Part shown: piece after piece, positions 23,268-35,900 of the stretch
Layout: the number at the start of each line of letters is the position of its first letter
Numbering within the stretch: position 1 is the stretch's first letter
Source of the DNA: Octopus sinensis
Lineage: Eukaryota
Length of the DNA: 64,000 nucleotides
Assembly: GCF_006345805.1 (NCBI RefSeq)
Contig: NC_043000.1
Location: 110,236,001-110,300,000, forward strand
Direction: 5' to 3'
The notes under the pieces: model-generated
What the model saw: only the letters and a program-made list of their open reading frames with translations
The model's database searches: none
Told to the model about the DNA's origin: nothing
Made by a program: the position numbers and the translations under genes

Positions 23268-26200
23268 GTAAGTGACTCTTCACTCTTTATCTCTCTATCA
23301 GTCTGTCTGTTTTTCTATCTCTCTTGTCTGTCTGTCTGTCTCATTCACTCTTTTGTTCTGATTTCCTTTTTTTGTCATCTCCTTTCTATAATTGCTAAAA
23401 CCACCTAATACACCTGAGTGGATCCCTGTGCTGGTGCCATGTAAAAAGCACCCACTACACTCTTGGAGTGGTTAGCATTAGGAAGGGTATCCAGCTGTAG
23501 AAACTTTGCCAGATCAGACTGGAGCCTGGTGAGGCCGCCTGGCTTGCCAGTCCCCAGTCAAGCCGTCCAACCCATACCAGCATGGAAAACAGACGTTTAA
23601 ATGATGATGATGATGATGATAACCACCACCACTGACATCCTCCACTTTACAAGCCAATTTCTATTTATTTATATCATCATCATCATCATTTAACATCTGC
23701 TTTCCATACTGGCATGGGTTGGACGGTTTGACTGAGGACTGATCTGGGAAGGTTTCTACAGCTGGATGCCCTTCCTACTGCCAACCACTCCGAGATTGTA
23801 GTGGGTGCTTTTTATGTGCCACCGGCACTGGCATGGACTACACTTGAATGGTGCTTTTTACATGTCATCCAATCATTCAAATCATTGAAATAGCAGCTAA
23901 ATCTCCCTCAAATAACATCTTTAAAAAGCTAATGCAATCCTAGATACAATATTTGTGGAAAGAGAAAAAAGGTGAGGATGGTTTTGTCTGAGATCACCAA
24001 TGACCCGGAACTAAACAAACACTGAGAACATTATTACAGAGATGTACTTGCATAGCAAGTGACCTGATCTGAGATCGTGTGTTGAAATAAAAACAATTGC
24101 AGCATGGAAGGTGTTTATAAGCCATTTAAGAAACACACAAAAAATTCTGTGATGCTGCACGAAATTTTGTCAGTGAAGATGTTGCGGTCTCAAAGTGACG
24201 AAAATATTTTGGCAAATCTCTATATATAAAGCTGAAGTTGTCTGTGTATGGCAGGTTTGGTAGCCTTGAACTAACACTATCTCCTCCAAGACCCTGTGGT
24301 GCAAGTTGACCAAAAATTCAAATTGGACCATGTTAACACCAAAAATTATTTACATAAAAAAGGTGCTTTTTTTCTATAAAAATCTCTATTTTTTACGATA
24401 TTTTGACTGCTGTGTCGCCATTTTTCGGTGTATTTCAACCAGAAAAATGTTCACTTAAAGAGAATAACAAGCTACATAATGCAAAATTTTTACTTTTCAA
24501 AAATTCCAATTCTAAAGGGTCGAAACAAACCCGAGCAATGCCGGGCGATACTGCTAGTTAAATTTAAATGTTGGAGTGAATCTAACGGTTTTTGTGTGTT
24601 TTTAAATGGCTTACAAACACCTTCCACTGAGAACATTCTTGAATGGTTAAATATATCTCGGGTAACAGTTTGTATCAGATGAAAAAAGTTATGATTATTG
24701 TTTGAGCATCCTTGATCAAAAAGTTCCCTTTGATCAGCTATCAATATCACTATCACCACTATCCACCATCTCTGCCACCACTGGTGTTAGAACAACTGAA
24801 TGAGAAGGCCTCCACATGGTCAGTTAACCTGCTGGAAATAGCAGTAAAAAATCCTTCAATTCACACACCATATAGTTTTTATAGTGGAAGGAGTTCATTT
24901 GATAATAGAGTCCTAGGTACATGATGCCTGAATAAAAAACAAGTTGGTCCATCCATTTTTCTCTGGCTATTATTCCTTGGAGAGGCATCGAGGTACCGTT
25001 CTCAGGTACCTCTTCCATAGCAACTACTGTTACGTTTTCTGGCAGGATTCCAGAGTGTATCCAACCATATCATTCTTGGTTTACCGCCACTCCCCAGGGG
25101 GGTCTGGTTTGGTTTGGAGAATCTATCTTCTGTTGTTTTCTAATCAAATGACACAGGGCTAATCAACAACACAGGTGAGTCAAGAAAAGAAATCTCTAGA
25201 CCAGTGGTTCCCAACCAATTTTTGGCCATGCTCCCCTTGTAATATTTAAATATTTGGGTACTACTTGAGAACAGAGGTCTCGGTACGCGCACTCTCGTAG
25301 TCGCGCATCCGCGCTAGCTAGTCGTGGTTAGTCGATCCTACAACGACTACCTAGCAAAGTAAATAAAACACAAAATAAATAATTTTTTTACACAAAGTAA
25401 ATAATCTTTGTTAAACAAAGTAAATAAAACACAAAAACACAAAGTAAAGGATCTTTTCGGTTTGAATGGCAGTTTTTAACATAATTTCTAGGTAACTAAA
25501 AATTTTTTAACTTTGTATACTGGTAGAACGTGTTTATAAAGCATCTTTGGATCTTTTCCTTTTGAACGGCACATGTCAACACAATTTCTAGTTAACTAAA
25601 CACTTTTAAACTTCGTATACTGGTAGAATGTGTCAAAATAAACATTTTTTTCTCTTGGCTTTCTTGATAAAATTGTAATTCGTTTGTTTAACGTAGTTTA
25701 ATTTTTTAAAATTTTAACCAATGAATCGCCTCTGGTTAGCTAAAATCATTTGCTGCGTCTAAAACTGAGACAACATCCTGTCACTAACCCTAAACCTCAC
25801 CCTCACCCTAACAATTAATTTAATTGTTACGCGTGTAAAAAAAACGAAAGGCTAAAACGAAAGCAATGGAAAATAATTTAAATAATTAACAAACAAAATA
25901 ATTCTATAATTTTATACATACGCTTTCCGTACGTATACGGAAAGCGTGTGTATAAAATTATAGAATTATTCTGTTTGTTAATTTTAAAAATTATTTTCCA
26001 TTGCATTCGTTTTAGCCTTTCATTTTTTTTTCTTAATTGTTATCCTTAAATTAATTTAACAATTAAGAAAAAAAAAACAAAAGGCAAAAATTTAGGGTGA
26101 GGGTGTTGTCTCAGTTTTAGATGCAGCAAATGATTTTAGCTCAATTAGAGGCGATTCATTGGTTAAAATTCGAAAAATTAAACTACGTTAAACAAACGAA

Positions 26201-29200
26201 TTACAATTTTCTCAAGAAAGCCAAAAGAAAAAAATGTTTTATTTTGACACATTCTACCAGTATATGAAGTTTTAAAGTGTTTAGTTAACTAGAAATTGTG
26301 TTGACATGTATCGTTCAAAAGGAAAAGATCCATATCTTTTTCCTTTGGCTTTATTGAGAAAATTCTATAGTTTGTAAGATATTTTTTTTTTTTTTTCAAT
26401 TTCTGTAATTTCAACCAATCAATGACGTCTATTGAGGTAAAAAAAAACATTCTGTGCTGTATGAATATGTCCCTTGTTTAAGAAACAGATTGGGTTTATT
26501 TACATTTCTGAAGAAAAAAAGATACCCTCCCCCTAACCCTAAAACACATTGAAATGCAATAGATCGATACTAGGGTCATAATTATGGGTGACAATTTCAT
26601 ATGACACCGCTAGAAAAAACTGCCGTTCAAACCGAAAAGATCCAAAGTAAATAATATTTTAAACAAAGTAAATAATACACAAAGACACAAAGTAAGGATC
26701 GACTAGTCATGACTAGCTAGCGCGGATGCGCGAGTACGCGAGTGCACGCACCGGGACCACTGTTCTCAAGTAGTACCTAATTTTTGTTATTCAAAATTTG
26801 GTTAATGTTTACAATATTACCCGGAAACAAAATAGAAATATATAGTGCAACGGATGTGTAGGAAACGAATATGAAAAGGGGGGGGGCAACAGGCGGGGGG
26901 GGGACTTCGGAAAATTCACAAGATCCGAGTTTTTCACCCATAACTTTTAGGAAAATGTTTTTTAATGAAATTTTATATAAATACCATTCGACTGGCATAG
27001 ATTACGATTATAAAGAAATTTGTGGGAAAATCTTTTCCAAGGTGTGGGGAGAGGACTTTGGAAAATTCACAAGATCCGAGTTTTTCGCCCAAAGCTTGGT
27101 GACAGTTTATCTTGAATAGCGGGTATAAATCCAAATTTTAAATATTTCTCTGAATTATTTTTTAATTTTAAATATTCCCCTGAATTTTAAATATTCCTCT
27201 GAATTTTTTTTACTTGCACTATTTTAAGTATCTTTTAATCGGCATAACTACAGATTTCGGTAAAATTGTGAAAATTTTACCCAGATTTCTGCACCCCCGA
27301 CTTTGGAAGATTATATCTTTCAGAGAAATGGATATCTTTATATATAAAAGTAAGGTTGTGTGCTGTCTGTCTCCTATAATTTAGATTCCTAACTACTCCC
27401 ACATTTTGCAGTGCAGTTTAACCAAAACCGGGTATCTTATAGTCGTGATTCATATCGAGCCCTTCTGGGTATTAGCACGCGTCTACGATTTAAAAAAAAA
27501 TTTACTATCAATTTTTCCCATTTTTAATGCATTTTTGACATATATTAGGGAAGTAACTCTCTAAAAGTTTACTATTAAATCTCAGAACGTAAAAAGCTAC
27601 AGTAACACCCACCCCCTTTGTGGTTAACCATATTGAGATAGCTATTATACTTTACATCTCTAAAAATGCTTATATAGTTATTTCCCTTACAAACCCGAGC
27701 AACGCTGGGCGATACTGCTAGTGTTTTAATAAAATTGTCTATGAATATGTGTTATATCATGTAGATTCCGAATATACAAAATTTTTTGGGGTGGGGGGGT
27801 ATTTTAGGAGAGTTTGGAGTGGGGAATTTCGGAAAATTCATCGGAGTCCTCTTCAATTCGTCTTAACTTTCAAGAAAATGGATACTTTTTAATGAAATTC
27901 TCTACAAATATATCTCGGACTATGTAGATTTTAGGGGGAAACAATTGGCGGCTATTTTTAAGAACTGTTCCCCACTCGCGGATGTTTCTGAACATGTCGT
28001 CCATATTTGTTTCATTTTCTCCGTTTTGTGCGTTTGTGCATCCATAGACTTCTACCTCTCCTTCACATTTAATTAAAAAAGTTCAAACGAGGAATTATTC
28101 CATTCAATTTCATGTTTATTATTGAGATTATGCAACAAATTATGCTTTACACTTCTATATTTAACTGTGCGTGTATATTCCTTATTTTTGCTTCTGGTAT
28201 CTTCTGCCTTTCTTTTAGAAACGTTTACCTGGGAATTTACTCAAAGTGAAAAAAATCGTATGCCTGGGATAAGTCGTTTTAATAACATATTTCTGTGTAG
28301 CAGACCATTAGCTGTTATTTTTAGCATAGCAAGTTTCCTGGTGAGGGTTTCATTTGCCTTCGTTGCCTGTTTGTTGTTTCAGTAGTAATCTACGGATGCA
28401 CAAACGCACAAAAGGAGAAAATGAAACAAATATGGATGACTTGTTCAGAAACATCCGCGAGTGGAGAACAGTTCTCAAAATTAGCCCCCAATTGTTTTTC
28501 TCCAAAATTCCTATGTCCTCGAAATCTACATAGTCTGGGGGTATATTTGTAGAGAATATCATTGAAAAAATTGAATTGAAGTGGACTCTGGCGAATTTTC
28601 CGAAATTCCCTACTGCAGCCCCTCTGAAAGCACTTCCCTGCCAAAAAATTTGTATATTCGGAATCTACATGCTATAACACATATTCGTAGACAATTTTCA
28701 TTAAAAAATATCCATTTTTCTGAAAGTTATGATCATCCAAAGTCGGGGCTGCGGAAATGTGTAGTTATGTCTTTGGATTTTCAAAAAGATTTCAGAATAA
28801 AACTTTCGGAAAATCTGCTCAAAAAGAAACCAAAAATGTTCCGCGAATCTTCTCAGCTGCAAAAGCCTTTTCTATCAATGATGGAAGTGTTTTTCTAACC
28901 TTTTTCCAGAATTCCCAAACTGACCGGTGGCAATAAAATGAAGTTTTGAAGTTTCATCTCTGTTCATAGAGACATGTGTGGATGTATGTGCGTTACCACG
29001 GCCATAAACCTCTCTCGCCCTCTCTCTATCTATCTCCCTCTCTCTATCTATCTCCATCTCTCTCCCTCTCTCTCTCCTCTCTCTCGCCCTCTCTCTTTTT
29101 CATTTCCTCTCTCTCCTCCTCTCTCCTCTCCTTTCCCTCTCTCCTCTCCTTCCTCTCTCTCTCATCTCTCTTCTCCTTTCCCTCTCTCCTCTCCTTCCCC

Positions 29201-30085
29201 TCTCTCCTCTCCTTCCCCTCTCTCTCCTCTCTCCCCCCTCTCTCTTTTTGCCACACACCACACAAACACGCCTACATGTTATCACGTTTTCACACAAACA
29301 CTGCACACACACACACCTACATGTTTTGACACACCACTAAATCGAAAGAAATAATCTATTCCCTCTTTAGGGACATCAGATCTTATGGATAAGATGAAAA
29401 CAATCAAAATTTGATAAAATTGGCCACAGAAGGGATGGACAATTTTTGAAAAAATAACTCATTCTCAATTGGTATACTTTAAACATTGTGTACAGAAGGT
29501 ATCTTTGCACATGCCTCACCAAAATATTACCGTGTCCCACCGAAATATTACTATGCCCCACTGGTAGGGCATGTGCCCCACACTGGGAATCACGGCTCTA
29601 CAAGGTCGTTGAAGCTGCTAGAAATAGCAGTCAATTCTCCTTCAAACTGCATGCTCCTATCATAAAAATGGGGTGGGGAGTCAGGATGGTCACATATGGA
29701 ATTTGTTTGATCATACATCTGCTCAATCCTTACTGATTTCGGTTGAAATAATAACAATATCCTCACTTCATTCCTGAAGTCCAGTGTTCAACCCCACCTC
29801 ATGGCATCTTGGGCCAGTGGCTTTTAGTCTAGCCTAACCCAAGTCTTATGAGTGGAATTAAGTAGATGGAAACTATGTTGAAGCCCACTGGGCAGATTGT
29901 ACCTGTAAGTAAAAGGTCAAACCTTGGCACTCTTTCTCATACTGATTCTGCTCGAGGCTTATATTAAGGGTACGCATGCCTGTGGGATACTCAGCCACAT
30001 GCATGCCAGTTCAGTGAGAAGATAATGCAGTGGATCAAATAATTGAGATCTGTCCAACCCATGCCAGCATGGAAAAGAGGCATTA

Positions 30086-30124
<39 letters not shown>

Positions 30125-32058
30125 TCCTAAAAATATATATCATTATCATCATTATCGTTTAACGTCCGTTTTCCGTGCTACCATGGGTTGGACGGTTCTT
30201 CCGGGGTCTGGGAAACCAGATGGCTGCACCAGGCTCCAGTCTGATCTGGCAGAGTTTCTACAGCTGGATGCCCTTCCTAATGCCAACCACTCTGTGAGTG
30301 TAGTGGGTGCTTTTTACATGTCACCGGCACAGGTGCCAGGGGAGGCTGGCAGCGGCCACGATCGGTTGGTGCTTTTTATGTGCCACCGGCACAGAAGCCA
30401 GTCAAGGTGGCGTTGGCATCGGCCACGTTCGGATGGTGCTTTTTACGTGCCACCGGCACAGGGATCACGACTACAATATCCTGTGCTATCCATATTTGTA
30501 ATCAATTGTTGATGTTTTAATGTCTTTCCTTTAATTTCTTTTTGGTTTTTGTTTTCCCTGCTTGCATGGGTTGGATAGGTTTGCTATGCAGTGTCTAAAA
30601 GTTCTTTTCTCTTTCCAATTATAGGCTCAAGATAACTTTGGCTGGGCTGACTTAAAAGACATCAAAAGACTGATGGGTGTTTTACCCGAGTCCAAGAAGC
30701 ATCTGCCCCCTCTGAGACCACCAGTTCTTGAGATGGGCGGCCCTCTTCCTGATTCATTTGATTCTCGTCAACAGTGGCCTTCTTGCCAAACTCTCAAAGA
30801 AGTTAGAGACCAAGGAAACTGTGGCTCTTGTTGGGTAAGTATGCTGACTCCTAATTGTTGCCCCCTGCTTTTTATGACATTTCTCCTGTTGTCAATGTTG
30901 AGTGACCACCACTTAAGTATATATGTAAGTGATTTGTTCTGAGACCATTTGTCTGTGTATTGGAACTGAAATTTCAAATCGTGCTCCCTAAATAAGAAGA
31001 TCCCTTCTTGTTCTGTCATATTGCAGGCTGCTGCTGCTGCCGAAGCTATGTCTGACAGAATCTGTATCCATTCCGGAGGCCAAATGAATGCTCATATTTC
31101 CATTGAAGATTTGATGACCTGCTGCCAGAGTTGTGGTATGGGGTAAGTTAAATTTCCTCCTTTGTAATTGTTGTCTTTATTTGTTTGTGTACTTTGAGGA
31201 TATACCCTGATATCTCCGTGCTGGTGGCATGTAAAAAGCATCAACCAATTGTGGCTGTTGCCAGCCTCCCCTGGCACCTGTGCCGGTGGCACGTAAAAAG
31301 CACCATCTGTACGTGGCCGATACCAGCACTGCCTTGACTGGCTTCCGTGCCGGTGGCTCGTAAAAAGCAGCAACCGATCGTGGATGTTGCCAGCCTCCCC
31401 TGGTACCTGTGGTGGTGGCATGTAAAAGATCAGACTGGAGCAGCCTCCTGGCTTCCCAGACCACAGTCGAACTGTCCAACCCATGCTAGCACGGAAAACA
31501 GACGTTAAATGATGATGATGATGATGATCTCATCTCCATTATCCTTTCTTCCTGTCCAACCGGGGTACCCATGTATCTCCTCAACAACACGGTACCTGTA
31601 CCCCTCCCTCGTTTCTACTTTAGCCTCTCTTTGCTTTGCACAAAGCTTGTGTCTTGTGAGTTACTTGGTGACCCCACCGGTGCTGATGCCTCAAAAAGAA
31701 AAAAAAACCCATCCAACAGACACTCTGTAAAATGGTTGGCATCAGGAAGGGCCTTCATCTGTAGAAACTTTGCTAAAGCAGACACTGGAGACCAACACCA
31801 CTCTCAGACTTGCCACATCCTCTTGAATTGTCCAAACCATGTCAACATGGAACATGGATGTTAAATGATGATGATGAAATTTTTCCATGCTAGCTTGGGT
31901 TTGTTGGAGATTTATTTGATGTAGAATTTTCTAGTTGGATACTTTTTCTATCTTCAAAGCAACCGTTATCTGTTTTTCAAGTAATGGATTTTTTTGTTAT
32001 TCCATTGGTCTTTAAAAATGTACTGGGACAGGACACACACACACACATTATCTATATA

Positions 32059-32093
<35 letters not shown>

Positions 32094-32489
32094 GTGTGTG
32101 TGTGTGTGGAGGCGCAATGGCCCAGTGATTAGGGCAGCGGACTCGCGGTCATAAGATCACGGTTTCAATTCTCAGACCAGGCATAGTGAGTGTTTATTGA
32201 GCGAAAACACCTAAAGCTCCACGAGGCTCCGGCAGGTGGTGGCGATCCCTGCTGTACTCTTTTTCTCTCTCTTTCTTCTGTTGGCCTGCTCGCTTAGCCA
32301 GCGGGATGGCGTTTTTTAAAGGCTAAAACAATGCGAAGTGCATTGTGACCAGCAATGTATAGCAACATCTGATAGCCTGGTCAGTCACGGTGATATATAT
32401 AAATATATATATATACTATTTATCTTATATTAAACTTTTAATACTTTTTGATAGTTATATAATTTACAAAAAAAAATAAAATAAAATAT

Positions 32490-32552
<63 letters not shown>

Positions 32553-32835
32553 TCATCATCATCATCGTTTAGCGTCCGTTTTCCATGCTAGCATGGGTTG
32601 GACGGTTCAACTGGGGTCTATATATTTAAAATTTATAAGTTTAAATTATTTAAATAATTTAAAAAATTTTTACTTTAATTTAAATATTTTAATTTGGAAT
32701 TCTATATTTTATATTTTTTATATTTTATATTTTATATTTTTTTAATTAATTTTTTTCTATGTATTGGCTTATGATTTTCACTGTTTGATTTGCCTAATAG
32801 TGGTTTTATCTCTAATTTAATATAATATAATATAT

Positions 32836-32872
<37 letters not shown>

Positions 32873-32929
32873 CATCATCATCATCATCATTTAGCGTCCG
32901 CTTTCCATGCTAGCATATATATATATATG

Positions 32930-32976
<47 letters not shown>

Positions 32977-35900
32977 TGGGCTTCTTTCAGTGTCCATTTA
33001 CCAAATCCACTCAGAAGGTTTTGGTTGGCCTCATGCTTTTAGTAGAAGACACTTGCCCAAGATGTCACTCAGTAAGACTAAATCAAAATCACATGTTTGG
33101 GGTACCAGTCACATCTGTCTCTTTTTCTCCCATGAATTGAAGAATGGCTTCTTCTGTTATTAGATATTTATGAGAAGCCTTCGGGGAATGTGATGCAAAA
33201 GAAATACCATTTTCCTGAAAGTATTATTGTAGCGATTTAAGAGATTAACTTTAGACAAAGGAAAATAAATAATAAGACCAATCTTTTATGATTTTGCAGA
33301 TGTAACGGTGGATACCCAGCTGCTGCTTGGGACTATTTCAAAGCTACAGGCATCGTCACTGGTGGACCTTATCACAGCAAAATGGTAAAAATCTTTCTTC
33401 AGTCTAATTACATCATCATCATCATCATCATCATCATTGTCATTATTAAACCTCCTGGTCATTATTGTCTTGAGTCCTTTACTCGGTTTCCATGGCCAAG
33501 ATCATAACATTGACCTCGAATTGGACACCAGTTCATCACAGGGTGACCCGTTTAACAGCTGAGTGGACTGAAGCATCATGAAATGAAGTGTTTTCCTTTC
33601 AAGAGCATCATGCACTGTCCTATCCAAGAATTGAAACCACACTCTTGTGATCATGGGTGCACCACCCTAACCATTTGACCATGCAGCCGTCAGTCTTCAA
33701 TGACAGGTTTGAAATATGATATTTCTTTCCTTTTCTTCACAACAATACATTCACTTTGTAATGTTGCTTTGTGTTTCTGCCAAGGTCGACTTTGCCTTTC
33801 ATCCTTTCGGGGTTTATAAATTAAGTACCAGTTGCGTACTGGGGTCGATCTAATCGACTGGCCTCGTCCCCCAAAATTTCAGGCCTTCTGCCCAGAGTAG
33901 AAAAGAACATTGTTTTGTGTTTGGTGGCGAGCTGGCAGAAACGTTAGCACGCCGGGCGAAATGCTTAGCAGTATCTCACCTGTCTTTATGTTCTGAGTTC
34001 AAATTCCACCGAGGTCGACTTTGCCTTTCATCATTTTCAGGGTCGATAAATAAGTACCAGTTGCATGCTGGGGTTGATCTAATCGACAGGCCCCTTCCCT
34101 AAAATTTTGTGTCTTGTGCACAGAATAGAAAAGAATATTGTTTTGTGTTTGTTCTTGCTTGTAAATTCTTTTCTGAGTTAGCACATTAATGTAGAACAAA
34201 CCCCTGGATTCCTTGGCTAAAACATTTATCATAATTCTTTGTGTTATAAGGCCCAAAGCCTGAAGTTTGGGTGTGGGCAAGTTGACTACAGTGACCTCAG
34301 TGTGTAACTTGTTCTCATTTCATTTAACCTGGAAGTATGAAAGGCAAAGTTGACCTTGGTGGAATTTGAAGCTAGAACAAGTGCTGCAAAGCAGTTGGTC
34401 AGTGACGGCCATCTTCTATGCCAGCATGGAAGATGGACATTAAATGATGATGATAATTATCTTCCCGCTTGCTACCTTGAAAGCATTTACAACATTCAAT
34501 ATCTTTTACCTTTTATTTGTTTCAGTCATTGGACTGTGGTTATGCTGGGGCACCACTTTGAAGGCATTTAGTTGAACAAATAAGTACCCTAGTACTTATT
34601 TTGTTTAAGTCTGGTGCTTACCCCTGATTGGTCTTTTGCCAGACTGCTTCGTTACAGGAAGTTTCTGTTTATCAATTTTCATTCTCAAGACTTTGGTTGA
34701 CCCAAAGCAAGAGTAAAAGGCCCAAGATGTCATGTGGCATCACCAAACCTAGAATCCCATGCTTGTGAAACAAATTTTCTTAGCACACAACCAGGTCCTT
34801 TGCAACCCATTGCATTTATTTTTGTTTTTTGCTCCCTTCTGCATCCCTCTATCTTCCCCATCTCATCACCATTCACCAGGACCCAACTTTTTTTTACAAT
34901 TGCAGGCTGCCTCCCCATTCCCTCAACTCCTCATATAATCTTGTAAGCCACCCCCCCCGACTTTTACTTACCAGTTTCTACTGATCGTTCTCTCCCTCCC
35001 CTAACCATGTAGCTCTTCTCCCCCACTGCCCCAATACTTTAACCCACCCCCTCATCCCCCAAAATAAAGCTAGCCAGGGTTCATAGTCTTTCCGGCTGCA
35101 CGGCAACCGGTAGCATGGATAAAGCTCCCAGTCCATGCTGTAAAGCAGTTAGCATTAAGAAGGGTCTCCAGCCATAGAAACCACACCAAAGCAGACGTCT
35201 GGAGAACAATGCAGTCCTTGGACCCATTGAATTCTGTTGAACCATCCAATTTATGGCAGCATGGAACCTGAATGTTAAATGATGGTGATTACCAATGTTA
35301 AGTTATCTCAACTCCATGACATTTTGTGAATCTCTTTTAATGATTTTCCTCAATATTTTTCTTGCAGGGTTGCCAACCGTACCAAATCCCAGCCTGTGAC
35401 CATCATGTTCCTGGAAAACTGCACCCTTGTAAGGGAGAATTGCCAACCCCATCATGTGAGAGAAAATGTGAAGCAGGATACAATGTGACTTATGATGATG
35501 ACAAACATTATGGTGTGTACATCTGGTGAAAGCCTGTTTCTTTTGATTACTAGTTCCATTATCATTCATTCGTTTAATACCTTCTTTTCGATTTTTGCAT
35601 CATCATCATCATCGTTTAACGTCCACTTTCCATGCTAGCATGGGTTGGGACGATTTTGACTGAGCACTGGCAAACCAGATGGCTGCACCAGGCTCCAATC
35701 TTGATCTGGCAAAGTTTCTACAGCTGGACGCCTTTCCTAATGCCAACCACTCTGAGAGTGTAGTGGGTGCTTTTTACGTGCCACCGGCATGGGGGCCAGT
35801 CAGGCAGTACTGGCAATGACCTCGCTCGAATCTTTTTACACATACCACTGGCACAGGTGCCAGTAAGGCGACGTTGGTAACGATTACGCTCGAATGGTGC

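Larger units (their letters stand above)
25257..26777. mobile_element. Outer MITE with 82-bp GC-rich TIRs (superfamily unassigned)
   Basis: 25257-25338 (GGTACTACTTGAGAACAG...GTCGATCC) is ~90% identical to the reverse complement of 26696-26777. Confidence 0.85.

Noticed and set aside
32108-32190. Possible tRNA-Arg gene (also 7280-7350)
   Set aside because: No closing acceptor stem or Pol III T-run; continues into a SINE body.
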